A stretch of DNA of 63,495 bases, counting the filler, from an uncultured Thermoplasmatales archaeon (lineage in GTDB: Archaea > Thermoplasmatota > E2 > DHVEG-1): assembly GCA_964517155.1 (NCBI GenBank). It is 5 parts of 5 records of this genome, joined end to end, with 100 filler letters (N's around TTAATTAATTAA, not from the genome) between each part and the next. Parts side by side here need not be neighbours in the genome. Positions count along the whole stretch, not along the records: positions 24,151 to 36,866 come from CAZFAZ010000075.1; positions 36,967 to 56,865 come from CAZFAZ010000077.1; 3 more parts are not named here. The stretch is one strand, 5' to 3'. The notes under the pieces are model-generated. The model saw only the letters and a list, made by a program, of their open reading frames with translations. It was not told the origin of the DNA and did not search any database. Below, in pieces: positions 29,728-39,076 of the stretch (position 1 is its first letter; every line of letters starts with the position of its first letter). The position numbers and the translations under genes are program-made.

Positions 29728-32595
29728 TTACATCCAGGAATCAAGACCTGTTTGTTTAGTAGCAGCAACACCAGAAATACCAAAAGCACCCTGAATATAA
29801 TTTTCAATCATCTTTTTATACCAATCAAGATCAATATCATCAGTGTTTTTTAAAAGATCGAGAGGATACATATAATCAATAGGTTTGACACCACTTTTTG
29901 AAGGATTATTAATGCCTGGAAGTGGTCTTTTAGTTACAACAAACTTAAGTTTAATGCGACTGTTGATGCGCTCACCAAGTAGTTTTTCAAGAGCTGTTGC
30001 ACGTTTACCAAAAGTAGACATAGAGCCATCCTGGTTATTTTTGTAACGCTTAGCAGGTTGAACAGATTGAACAAGAGTTAAATCATGAAGATCAACTTTT
30101 CCTAAATCTAGTTTTGAAACAATTTCACTAGTTTTTTCAATAATGCTTTGTTTTATTTTTTGTCTAGCCTCTTCTTCATCATCCCAAAAGGGATTATCAT
30201 GTAAAACCTCTGTCATAATCTGTTTTAATATTTTACGAGCGATATTTGCTTTATCAGATCCCTTAAAATTGTTGCCTTTTGTTACAAGCTCAATTTTACC
30301 ATTTTTCGTATCAAATATGAGATAATTTTTATGTTTTACAAAAATCATTGCATCATGAGTTTCAGGCTCCAGCTCAAAATCAGGGTAGTTTAATTCTTTC
30401 TGCCATTTAACATTGCATTCTTCTATTGCTTTTATCACAGCATCTGGTTTTGTAATCCAATTCGTTTCATCTTTAGGTATATCTAGTTCTAATGCTTTAG
30501 ATAAATTAGGGATATTGCCGACAGAGTGAGAACATCCAAGATAAACACCATCGGTATCTAAGTAAACAACGCGTATTCCTTTATTTTTTAGATGATTAAG
30601 GGACTCTGCCATTATAACTTGACCTTTTGTAGTAATCGATGCAGCGCCCCATAAATTGAATTGTCTGCCAGAAACACCAGGGGCGGACAAAATGCCATGC
30701 GATCCAGCATTACGAGCTCCTTTGACACTTTGATACATCATTTTTAATCTTTGCAGTTCTGATTTATCATTTTTCTTACTTGCTTCTTTAAGTTCTTTTT
30801 TAGTCTTTGCAATCATACTCATAATGCCAGTCATTGCACAGTTGACAACACCTGGTTTATCATCGATTTTAACACCTATTATAAATCCTTTATCTGCAAA
30901 GGAATCGCTATCTGTTACTTCTCTGTAATGGATATCTCTTTGATCAAGGAAATTTTTAGGAATTTTTTTAAGCCAGATATAATCATCAGGTTTTTCATCT
31001 TTTTTTGCAAGCCTGACTGTATCTGCACCTATATTCATAGCTTTTAGAATTGTCGGGTACATCGCACCAACATCAGCAACTATTACGTACCACCAGGGTA
31101 CAAAATGTGAATTTGCTTCTTTGTCAGGTTTTATTGTCATACCGCCGGGCATATGATAACTAAGAATGTCATCAGAATCCTTGTGAGATTCGTTATAGAT
31201 GACATTTGGATCTTTCACCCATGCAGGCATTTCATCTCCATATTTAAGTACTCTAATAAAGTCTTTTGAAAGTTGTTCTTTTCTATTTTTTGCTTTTTTA
31301 ATGATTTCTTCATGTGTTTTACAGTCTTTAAAATCTCTTGTTAAAAGCTCTGCAATTGATAAAACACGGCATATTGGCGGCATTATCTTTTTTTGGATAT
31401 TAGCACGAATCATACTCATATGATCCCACATGTTTACGGCTCCAGATGAAAAAAGCATGTCAAAAGGCATACATGTGGTAAATGCTAGTGGTAAAGCTTG
31501 TTGAATAAGATTTAATGTTACGCCAAGTTGCTCTTGTACATCCTGTTTATTGTATTTTAGTGTTCTATCATCAATTTTTATTTGATTAGGGGTGAGTATA
31601 ATGCGATCTTTTATTTCAATACCTAAGAATGGAGCTACAGATTTGAGGCTAAAGTCGTTTAAAAAAGAGTAAAATTTTCTAACGCCAAGATATGTATCCA
31701 GGCATGATGGATAAAATTGTACTGCATCAGATTTCATTCCAAAATGAAATGATTTATCAGGAGCGCTATATTTACTTATAAACAACTGTAAAACCTTTTT
31801 TTTCTCAGGAGAAATATTTTCAATATTTTTTTTCAAAAACCAGTTTATGCGGTTACATATATGAAGGTTGTCAAAACCAATTATGTTGTGACCTGAGATT
31901 ATATCATTGTCCATAACAATTTTACAAAAATTGTATAAATTATCTATTTCTTCATCAGTGTTTCTAGAAATCATCTGAGTAACTTGAATTCCTTCCCAGC
32001 TGTTGGGGCAATCAAGTATATCAAAGCTAAAATCTTCGGTTTTAAGGTTTTTATTTGATTCAAAGCTGATATCAAAAGTAGAATATCCTATGATGTCAAT
32101 AGGAATTTCATCTTTTCCTGTTGCATATTCTGAGGTTTCAATATCATATACTAAAACTTTTAGATTCTTTTTTTCATGGTTGCTTTCATAAAGCCAGATT
32201 TTTCCTTCTGCTGCAAGATCTACAAGAGCACGTTGTTGATATGGTATATCGTGCTCTGCAGTGTATAAACCATGATAGAAAAACAAATAATCGCTTATTT
32301 CAGGTACAAAATATGATTTTTTTGTAAAAACTTTGAAAACCGTTATATTTCTGTTAAAATTCCAGAAGCTGTGGTAGTTTTCAAGGGGTCCTAGTTCATA
32401 GATTTTGGAAAGAGGGCTGTTATCTGAGGTGTTTTCTTGTATTTTGGTTAAAAGATTTTTTCTAGCAGCATTTATATCTTTGTCAATAGGTGTAAATGCC
32501 AGGAAATATGGTTTATGTAATTCTGAAACAAGCCTAGGTTTTTTACCATGAGTATATAGATATTCTGATGAGATACCAAGTAACATATCATTCAT
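29728..32595 (-). CDS. polB: Divergent family B DNA polymerase with 3'-5' exonuclease and PIP box
   Basis: YDIET, GHNIIGFD, YNKQD; DVGAMYP, KGARNAGSHG, YLDTDG; C-terminal QTGLDSWM. Confidence 0.9.
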   Translation of the reverse strand: MNDMLLGISSEYLYTHGKKPRLVSELHKPYFLAFTPIDKDINAARKNLLTKIQENTSDNSPLSKIYELGPLENYHSFWNFNRNITVFKVFTKKSYFVPEISDYLFFYHGLYTAEHDIPYQQRALVDLAAEGKIWLYESNHEKKNLKVLVYDIETSEYATGKDEIPIDIIGYSTFDISFESNKNLKTEDFSFDILDCPNSWEGIQVTQMISRNTDEEIDNLYNFCKIVMDNDIISGHNIIGFDNLHICNRINWFLKKNIENISPEKKKVLQLFISKYSAPDKSFHFGMKSDAVQFYPSCLDTYLGVRKFYSFLNDFSLKSVAPFLGIEIKDRIILTPNQIKIDDRTLKYNKQDVQEQLGVTLNLIQQALPLAFTTCMPFDMLFSSGAVNMWDHMSMIRANIQKKIMPPICRVLSIAELLTRDFKDCKTHEEIIKKAKNRKEQLSKDFIRVLKYGDEMPAWVKDPNVIYNESHKDSDDILSYHMPGGMTIKPDKEANSHFVPWWYVIVADVGAMYPTILKAMNIGADTVRLAKKDEKPDDYIWLKKIPKNFLDQRDIHYREVTDSDSFADKGFIIGVKIDDKPGVVNCAMTGIMSMIAKTKKELKEASKKNDKSELQRLKMMYQSVKGARNAGSHGILSAPGVSGRQFNLWGAASITTKGQVIMAESLNHLKNKGIRVVYLDTDGVYLGCSHSVGNIPNLSKALELDIPKDETNWITKPDAVIKAIEECNVKWQKELNYPDFELEPETHDAMIFVKHKNYLIFDTKNGKIELVTKGNNFKGSDKANIARKILKQIMTEVLHDNPFWDDEEEARQKIKQSIIEKTSEIVSKLDLGKVDLHDLTLVQSVQPAKRYKNNQDGSMSTFGKRATALEKLLGERINSRIKLKFVVTKRPLPGINNPSKSGVKPIDYMYPLDLLKNTDDIDLDWYKKMIENYIQGAFGISGVAATKQTGLDSWM

Positions 32596-32709
32596 TGAGC
32601 TTTATTACTCCCCTAAATTTTTTAATATCCCTAAATACATTAATCTTTTTTAAAACCTGGTAAAAAATCCTTATATTAAAGGAAAACATTATGTTTTTGG
32701 TAGAATAGT

Positions 32710-33717
32710 ATGTCGACAAGTATAATTTTTACACAAGATTTTAACAAGCATAACAACCCAGGTCATCCTGAGAATGCTAGAAGATTAAATGTTATGATAG
32801 ATGAACTTGAAAAAACATCTTTTTACAATGAGCTTGAGATATTAAAACCTGAAATGTTATTGGAAGAAAGTTTAAGAGAGATTCATTCTGAGAGGATGAT
32901 TGAACAGGTGAAAGATATAAGCAAAACAGGGAATTCCTGGATAGATCTTGATACATATGTCTGCAAAGGAGATTATGAAACAGCACGTCTTGCTGCAGGA
33001 GCAACCGTTCAGGCTTGTAAACATGTAATTTTAGGAAAAGCAGATAATGCATATGCTCTTGTAAGACCTCCTGGTCATCATGCAACATCTGAAAGATCCA
33101 TGGGTTTTTGTCTTTTCAACAATGCAGCAATTGCGGCAAATGAAATTGCAAAAATGGGTAAAAAAGTGCTTGTGATGGATTTTGATGTTCATCATGGCAA
33201 CGGTACTCAATATATATTTTATAACAAATGTGATATAATGTATCAGTCTTTACATCTGTCGCCACATTATCCTGGGACGGGCGCTTTTTGTGAAGTTGGA
33301 ACAGACTGTGGTGAGGGATATACCATAAATGCTCCAATGTCTTATGGCAATGGAAACAAAGCAGCAACAACGATTCTTGATGAAATATTTTTACCTGTTG
33401 CAAAGCAATTTAAACCTGATTTGATCTTGTTTTCATCTGGTTATGACTCGCATCATACAGATAGACTCGGTGGACTGAGGTTTACCGCTGATTTTTACGC
33501 AAAAATCATAGGTAAATATCAAAAAATTCAACCAAAAATAGCATGTACTCTTGAAGGTGGATATAACCCTTACTGGATTGGGAAATGTTTAATCTCACAA
33601 ATAGCAGAGATGAGCAATAATTCTGTTGATTTTAAAGATAAAACGACTGAGAAAGAAAATGTAAAAGAATTGATTAAAAAATTAAGAGACGAAATAGGAA
33701 AATATTGGAATATCTAA
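32710..33717 (+). CDS. Histone deacetylase family protein
   Basis: HPENARRL, RPPGHHA, GFCLFNN, DFDVHHGNGTQ and LEGGY motifs. Confidence 0.95.
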   Translation: MSTSIIFTQDFNKHNNPGHPENARRLNVMIDELEKTSFYNELEILKPEMLLEESLREIHSERMIEQVKDISKTGNSWIDLDTYVCKGDYETARLAAGATVQACKHVILGKADNAYALVRPPGHHATSERSMGFCLFNNAAIAANEIAKMGKKVLVMDFDVHHGNGTQYIFYNKCDIMYQSLHLSPHYPGTGAFCEVGTDCGEGYTINAPMSYGNGNKAATTILDEIFLPVAKQFKPDLILFSSGYDSHHTDRLGGLRFTADFYAKIIGKYQKIQPKIACTLEGGYNPYWIGKCLISQIAEMSNNSVDFKDKTTEKENVKELIKKLRDEIGKYWNI

Positions 33718-34013
33718 TCAAAAATCATTCCCATGCCTGAGGCTGCGCAGTCTTCTTGTTCAGCAATTTTTTCATTTATTTCTTTTGCTTTTTTATCGTT
33801 TAGTTTTTTGAATCCTTGTTCTTTTGCAAGCTCCTCTGCTTTTTTAATGCCTTGCTCACTGCCTTCTATTTTTAGATAAAGAACATTATCATTTATTCCA
33901 AGTGAACTGGAATCACGGGTAAGTATGCTCTGGCGGCTGACTATATCTTCAGTTGTTACTTTGTTTATTTTTCCAGCATCTTCAGTTTTTACTTCAAATA
34001 TGACGTATACCAT
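33714..34013 (-). CDS. Small hypothetical protein with stalk-like C-terminal peptide
   Basis: AGGA upstream of the ATG; follows coaD on the same strand; ends EQEDCAASGMGMIFD. Confidence 0.8.
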   Translation of the reverse strand: MVYVIFEVKTEDAGKINKVTTEDIVSRQSILTRDSSSLGINDNVLYLKIEGSEQGIKKAEELAKEQGFKKLNDKKAKEINEKIAEQEDCAASGMGMIFD

Positions 34014-34073
34014 AATTATTCATCCTTAAATCTTTTCGATTCGAGGAAAACAAAATAAACTATATAAAACTAA

Positions 34074-34538
34074 TTACGTGCATTTTTTTACTATTTTTCC
34101 GTTTTTATTGATTTCTTTATTTCTGATGCGTGTTGAGCTGATACGGGCTCCATCTTGGGCTTTAATAAGTGATATTTGAATTATTTTCAAAGGTTTTTTA
34201 CCAATTTTTTGTCTTTTATTGTTTATCTCTTCTGCGGTTTTAACTGTCTCAGTTGATACAACTATTGCATCAAAGTCGTTATTAATCGAGGGTCCATATC
34301 TGTCAAATATAGGTTTTATATCATATTTGATATGATATTTTTTTTGATTTAGATATTCTTTTATGTTGTTGATTCTTTGATTTAATGTTTCTTTGATTTT
34401 TTTATTTTTAGCAAAATCATCTGTAGTAACGCCGATAAAAACGCTTCCTTTTTCTCCTGCTGTTTCAAAGGCTTTTTTTATCAGTGTTTTATGCCCCTTG
34501 TGCAGTTTATCAAAAGTTCCACCTATACAGACATGCAT
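34074..34538 (-). CDS. coaD: Archaeal phosphopantetheine adenylyltransferase
   Basis: GGTFDKLHKGH, IVVSTET, ISSTRIR. Confidence 0.93.
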   Translation of the reverse strand: MHVCIGGTFDKLHKGHKTLIKKAFETAGEKGSVFIGVTTDDFAKNKKIKETLNQRINNIKEYLNQKKYHIKYDIKPIFDRYGPSINNDFDAIVVSTETVKTAEEINNKRQKIGKKPLKIIQISLIKAQDGARISSTRIRNKEINKNGKIVKKCT

Positions 34539-34647
34539 ATCACTAACATCTATACTTTATATTTTAAATATTGTGCTAAAAACCTTTTTTATGAGAAAAC
34601 TATAAATTCAGTTATAATATTTAGTGTTTAACTAAGAGGATGGGAAT

Positions 34648-36771
34648 ATGAAAAGAAAACCAATTAAACAATTGTTGTGTTTATTTTTGATGATAATTGT
34701 AGTTAGTTTATCACTATTCAGCTTTGATGTCAAAGCTCGTGAAAATGAAATTTTTGTTGATAGTAAGCCTCATGGTAGAAGAGATGGAAGTGCAGAATAT
34801 CCATATGCATCGATACAATATGCGATTAACGTAGCAAATCCGGGTGATACTATATATGTTTTTGGAGGTAATTATAATGAATCTCTAGTTATAAATAAGG
34901 AAATTGAACTTATAGGTAGTATAGAAGGCGGTAATTCTATAATATATTATGGAAATACTCATAGACATACAATAGAAATAACTGCAGATAATGTTGAGAT
35001 TACCGGCTTTGATGTACATAATACTCAGGATACATTAATGTATTTGCCACCCCCTTTAAAACAGGGTTCTTTAATTCATATAATTGGAGACAATGCAATT
35101 ATTCAAAAATGTAACTTAACAAATTGTGTAAATGGATGGGGGATTTATATTGATGGATCTGATAATCACCTCATAAAAAATTTAACAATTGAAAACATGA
35201 TTACTGGCATATATATAGATTATAGCAAAACAACTGATGTAGTTAGTAATAGTATTTCAAACTGTAATTCAGGTATCACTATTAAAGACTCAGAAAACGC
35301 TAATTTGTATGAAAATAATATTAGTAATTGTAAGAATGGTTTTTATATAACTGGATGTAATAATATTGACTTTTATAGAAATGATATCAATCAGAATCAA
35401 ATTAATGGTTTAAATTTACAAAATTCACATAATATCAAAATCAGAAATAATAGTTTTTATAAGAATAGTGGAACTGCAATTTATTTAGATTCTGATGATT
35501 GCAATGTTTCATATAACGTTTTTGATAGAAGTCAGACTGGAATTAATATTTTTGGGTCAAACTCAATAATTTTTAATAATTATTTATATAACTCAAGTTC
35601 AAAGGGGGTTTTGACTAATTGTTTAAGTAGAAATAATATTTTTACTAAAAACTATTTTATTAATAATTACCAAAATGCTGATGAAAAAAGTAAGAATAAT
35701 ATTTGGTATAAAAATAGTAAAGGAAACTATTGGGATGATTATAATGAAATAGATAATTATCCAAAAGATGGTGTTGGTGATATAGTATATTCACGCAATG
35801 GAGTTATAGATAGATATCCTTTAGGATTCTTTTTTAAGCCACCTAATAAACCAACTACCCCAATTTCACCCAAGGCAGATTCAGTAAATCAAGATTTGCA
35901 AGTAACCCTTTCAGTCAAAGTTAATGATCCTCAAAATGAACTACTTGATGTATCGTTTTATGTAAATTTATCAAGCAATGATGAAGGTTTTGTCTTGAAA
36001 GGTTCCAGTAGAAATGTTGTAAGTGGAGAGGTTGCTTCTTGTAGTTTTAATACTTATTTTGATTCGGTATGTGCTTGGTATGTAAATATTAGTAATAGTA
36101 AACTTTACAATCAGTCAGATATATGGTTTTTTACAGTTAGAACTAGGCCCGGAGATAACAAAAAACCTGTTGCTGTAATAAATGTAGAGTATATTGATAA
36201 CAATATTGTTAAATTTGATGCATTTGAAAGTTACGATGAAGATGGTGAAATCATTTTTTATAGATGGAATTTTGGAGATGATACAAGTGAAATTCTTTCA
36301 ATTTCACCAATTCATGTTTTTTCAAAAGAAAATGATGAGTATACTGTAACTTTGACGGTAATCGATGATCATGGTGCTACTGATAATGATTTTGTTACTT
36401 TTAATATTGGTGAAGGCATTAATTATCCACCTTTGATAATTATTGATGTACCAAGTACTGCATATGTGAATGAAAAAATAAATTTTGTAAGTGATAGTTC
36501 TGATCCTGATGGAGATGATCTGGTTTATTTCTGGAAGTTTGGTGATCAATCAAATTCGACTCAAGAGAATCCAGTACATACCTATTCTTCAACTGGTATT
36601 TATATAGTAGAATTAGTTGTAAAAGACGGTAAACATACTGTTTATGAATCAGCAACAATCAAGATTGTTGAGAGACCTGCTGAAGGAATACCTGGGTTTG
36701 AATTAGTACTTTTTATACTTGGGCTATTATCAATTTTATTTGTTAAAAAGCAATACAAAAGAAAAAAATAA
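34648..36771 (+). CDS. Surface protein: NosD-like beta-helix, two PKD domains, PGF-CTERM-like sorting tail
   Basis: SIQYAI..A..GDTIYV, GNYWDD, WNFGD/WKFGD, C-terminal IPGFE-TM-KKQYKRKK. Confidence 0.9.
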   Translation: MKRKPIKQLLCLFLMIIVVSLSLFSFDVKARENEIFVDSKPHGRRDGSAEYPYASIQYAINVANPGDTIYVFGGNYNESLVINKEIELIGSIEGGNSIIYYGNTHRHTIEITADNVEITGFDVHNTQDTLMYLPPPLKQGSLIHIIGDNAIIQKCNLTNCVNGWGIYIDGSDNHLIKNLTIENMITGIYIDYSKTTDVVSNSISNCNSGITIKDSENANLYENNISNCKNGFYITGCNNIDFYRNDINQNQINGLNLQNSHNIKIRNNSFYKNSGTAIYLDSDDCNVSYNVFDRSQTGINIFGSNSIIFNNYLYNSSSKGVLTNCLSRNNIFTKNYFINNYQNADEKSKNNIWYKNSKGNYWDDYNEIDNYPKDGVGDIVYSRNGVIDRYPLGFFFKPPNKPTTPISPKADSVNQDLQVTLSVKVNDPQNELLDVSFYVNLSSNDEGFVLKGSSRNVVSGEVASCSFNTYFDSVCAWYVNISNSKLYNQSDIWFFTVRTRPGDNKKPVAVINVEYIDNNIVKFDAFESYDEDGEIIFYRWNFGDDTSEILSISPIHVFSKENDEYTVTLTVIDDHGATDNDFVTFNIGEGINYPPLIIIDVPSTAYVNEKINFVSDSSDPDGDDLVYFWKFGDQSNSTQENPVHTYSSTGIYIVELVVKDGKHTVYESATIKIVERPAEGIPGFELVLFILGLLSILFVKKQYKRKK

Positions 36772-36845
36772 AGCCGATGGAGGGATTTGGACCCCCGACC
36801 TGCTGATTACAAATCAGCCGCTCAACCGGGCTAAGCTACATCGGC
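36772..36845 (-). tRNA. tRNA-Thr(TGT)
   Basis: Acceptor GCCGATG/CATCGGC; anticodon arm GCTGA-TTTGTAA-TCAGC; T-loop reads TCCAAAT. Confidence 0.93.
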
Positions 36846-36866
36846 AACTCTATTTTTTTGACCATA

Positions 36867-36966
36867 NNNNNNNNNNNNNNNNNNNNNNNNNNNNNNNNNN
36901 NNNNNNNNNNTTAATTAATTAANNNNNNNNNNNNNNNNNNNNNNNNNNNNNNNNNNNNNNNNNNNN
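36867..36966. other. Artificial contig linker
   Basis: N run with TTAATTAATTAA. Confidence 0.97.
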
Positions 36967-37138
36967 TTTCGCCTATTACATACGAATTAGTAAATCTTAC
37001 CATTTCGTTTTTTAGTAAATATAAAATTACTTAATTATCTTTCCATTTATAGAACAAAAAATATCACGATTTTTTCCGAAAACCATTAAATATAAGTATT
37101 TGTTTAGGGCAAGCTATAACCTAAGAGGAAAAAGTATT

Positions 37139-37237
37139 ATGAAACGTAGTTCAAGAGTCTGGAAAAAAAGACATAAAATGCGATGGAAATGGCGAAAGAA
37201 ACGAATGCGACGTGAAAAAAGAGCAAGACGGAAATAA
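37139..37237 (+). CDS. rpl41e: Ribosomal protein L41e (eS32), 32 aa, absent from the ORF track
   Basis: MKRSSRVWKKRHKMRWKWRKKRMRREKRARRK; GAGG SD upstream. Confidence 0.9.
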   Translation: MKRSSRVWKKRHKMRWKWRKKRMRREKRARRK

Positions 37238-37253
37238 CGCTAACTATTTACTT

Positions 37254-37392
37254 GGGGGTATGGTGTAACCCGGCATCATTGTGGGCTCCAGTTAGGAATG
37301 ATTACAAGAGGGTCATCTGAACTGTGATGAGTAACGGGAGCGATGACCAAAGAAGAGCCCCGCCGATCTGGGTTCAAATCCCAGTACCCCCA
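37254..37392 (+). tRNA. tRNA-Trp(CCA) with a 66-nt intron (about 37292..37357)
   Basis: Acceptor GGGGGTA/TACCCCC; GTGGG-CTCCAG|intron|C-CCCGC; T-arm CTGGG-TTCAAAT-CCCAG. Confidence 0.93.
37292..37357 (+). ncRNA. Intron-encoded box C/D 2'-O-methylation guide RNA
   Basis: Box C ATGATTA 37298, D' CTGA 37317, C' GTGATGA 37324, D ATGA 37343; two 12-nt guides. Confidence 0.88.
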
Positions 37393-37421
37393 TATCCAAA
37401 AAAATAAAATGGTGAAAAAAT

Positions 37422-37631
37422 ATGGAAATGATAAAGATTAATATGAAAAATTTCAATATTTATACAATACTTTCAATTCTATTTTTAATAGCAGGAATAG
37501 GTATTTGGCTAAGCTGGATTATAAGATACGGCGTAGTATATGATATAGGGATATATTCTTTAGCAATAGTATTTATTATACCAGGGATAATCGGTTTTAT
37601 TCTATCACTTATGGATAAAAAAGAAGATTAA
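37422..37631 (+). CDS. Small 2-TM membrane protein
   Basis: GGTGA SD; two hydrophobic helices. Confidence 0.7.
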   Translation: MEMIKINMKNFNIYTILSILFLIAGIGIWLSWIIRYGVVYDIGIYSLAIVFIIPGIIGFILSLMDKKED

Positions 37632-37634
37632 AAA

Positions 37635-39074
37635 TCATCTTTTCCAAGTAAACAATTGATTCTTTGTTGCAGCTACTTCATCCAATCGTTTTGTAGGTGT
37701 ATTAACAGGTGCATTTTTAACAACATCTGGTGTTTCATCTGCAATTTTTATAAGCGTTTGTATGTATTTATCTAAATCTTTTTTTGATTCAGATTCAGTA
37801 GGCTCAATCATAAGTGCTTCTTTTACAATAAGTGGGAAATAAACTGTTGGAGGATGCAAACCATTATCCAATAATCTTTTTGCAATATCCATCGCACGGA
37901 TATCTTTTTCTTGTTTTAGTTTTTCGCAACTTAAAACAAATTCATGTTTTCTCAAAGTTTTAAATGGCATTTCATATTTACCGCTATCAAGTATTTTCGT
38001 TTTCATATAATTAGAGTTAAGAACCGCAATTTCTGAGGCCTGACGAAGACCGTTTCCACCCATCATAAGAATATATACATATGCTTTTAGAAGAACTGAA
38101 AAATTACCATAAAAACTTTTTATTTTACCAATAGACTCAGGTGAATCATAATCAAAAATATATTCTCCAGAATTAGTTTTACAAATACGCGGTATAGGTA
38201 AAAACTTTTCAAGTTTCATTTTAACTCCAACAGGACCGCTACCTGGACCTCCGCCACCATGCGGGGTAGAAAATGTTTTATGAAGATTAAGATGAACTAT
38301 ATCAAAGCCCATATCTCCAGGTCGTGCCTTACCCATAATAGCATTCATGTTTGCTCCATCGTAATATAATAGTGCTCCTGCTTTATGAACAAGTTTTTGA
38401 ATTTCAAGGATATCTGACTCAAAGATTCCAAGAGTATTAGGATTTGTAAGCATGAAACAAGCGGTTTTTTCAGAAAGTGTTTTTTCAAGTGCATCTAAAT
38501 CTACAGTACCTTGGCTTGTTGAAGGTATCTCAATTGTTTTATATCCCGCCATTGAAGCACTAGCAGGATTTGTTCCATGCGCAGTATCAGGAAGTATTAC
38601 CTCATCTCTTTGTTCATCTTCTCTATTTTTATGGTATGCTCTTGCCAAAAGAAGTCCTAAAAATTCGCCATGTGCACCAGCTGCAGGCTGCAAGCAAAAA
38701 TAATCCATACCTGCAATTTCACAAAGCATTCTTTCTAATTCAAAAAGTATCTGAAGATTTCCTTGAATTGTTGAAATATCCTGATAAGGATGAGTACATG
38801 CAAATTTTTCCCAAGAAGCAATTTGCTCACAAATCTTCGGATTATATTTCATAGTGCAAGAACCAAGTGGATACATTCCTGTATCAACACCAAAATTCAT
38901 CTGGCTAAGACGATGAAAATGACGAACAACCTGCGTCTCATCAAGATTAGGAATTAAGACCGTGTTTTTCTTTTCAAGGGTTTTTGGAACACCTTGGATT
39001 TTTTCAGTTTTTTCTGATTTGCAGCATACAAGTTCATTTAGTAAAGGTTCTTCGTAAACAGCAAATTTAAACAA
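37635..39074 (-). CDS. gcvPB: Glycine dehydrogenase (decarboxylating) subunit 2
   Basis: [20 protein letters not shown] and [16 protein letters not shown]. Confidence 0.97.
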   Translation of the reverse strand: MFKFAVYEEPLLNELVCCKSEKTEKIQGVPKTLEKKNTVLIPNLDETQVVRHFHRLSQMNFGVDTGMYPLGSCTMKYNPKICEQIASWEKFACTHPYQDISTIQGNLQILFELERMLCEIAGMDYFCLQPAAGAHGEFLGLLLARAYHKNREDEQRDEVILPDTAHGTNPASASMAGYKTIEIPSTSQGTVDLDALEKTLSEKTACFMLTNPNTLGIFESDILEIQKLVHKAGALLYYDGANMNAIMGKARPGDMGFDIVHLNLHKTFSTPHGGGGPGSGPVGVKMKLEKFLPIPRICKTNSGEYIFDYDSPESIGKIKSFYGNFSVLLKAYVYILMMGGNGLRQASEIAVLNSNYMKTKILDSGKYEMPFKTLRKHEFVLSCEKLKQEKDIRAMDIAKRLLDNGLHPPTVYFPLIVKEALMIEPTESESKKDLDKYIQTLIKIADETPDVVKNAPVNTPTKRLDEVAATKNQLFTWKR

Positions 39075-39076
39075 GA

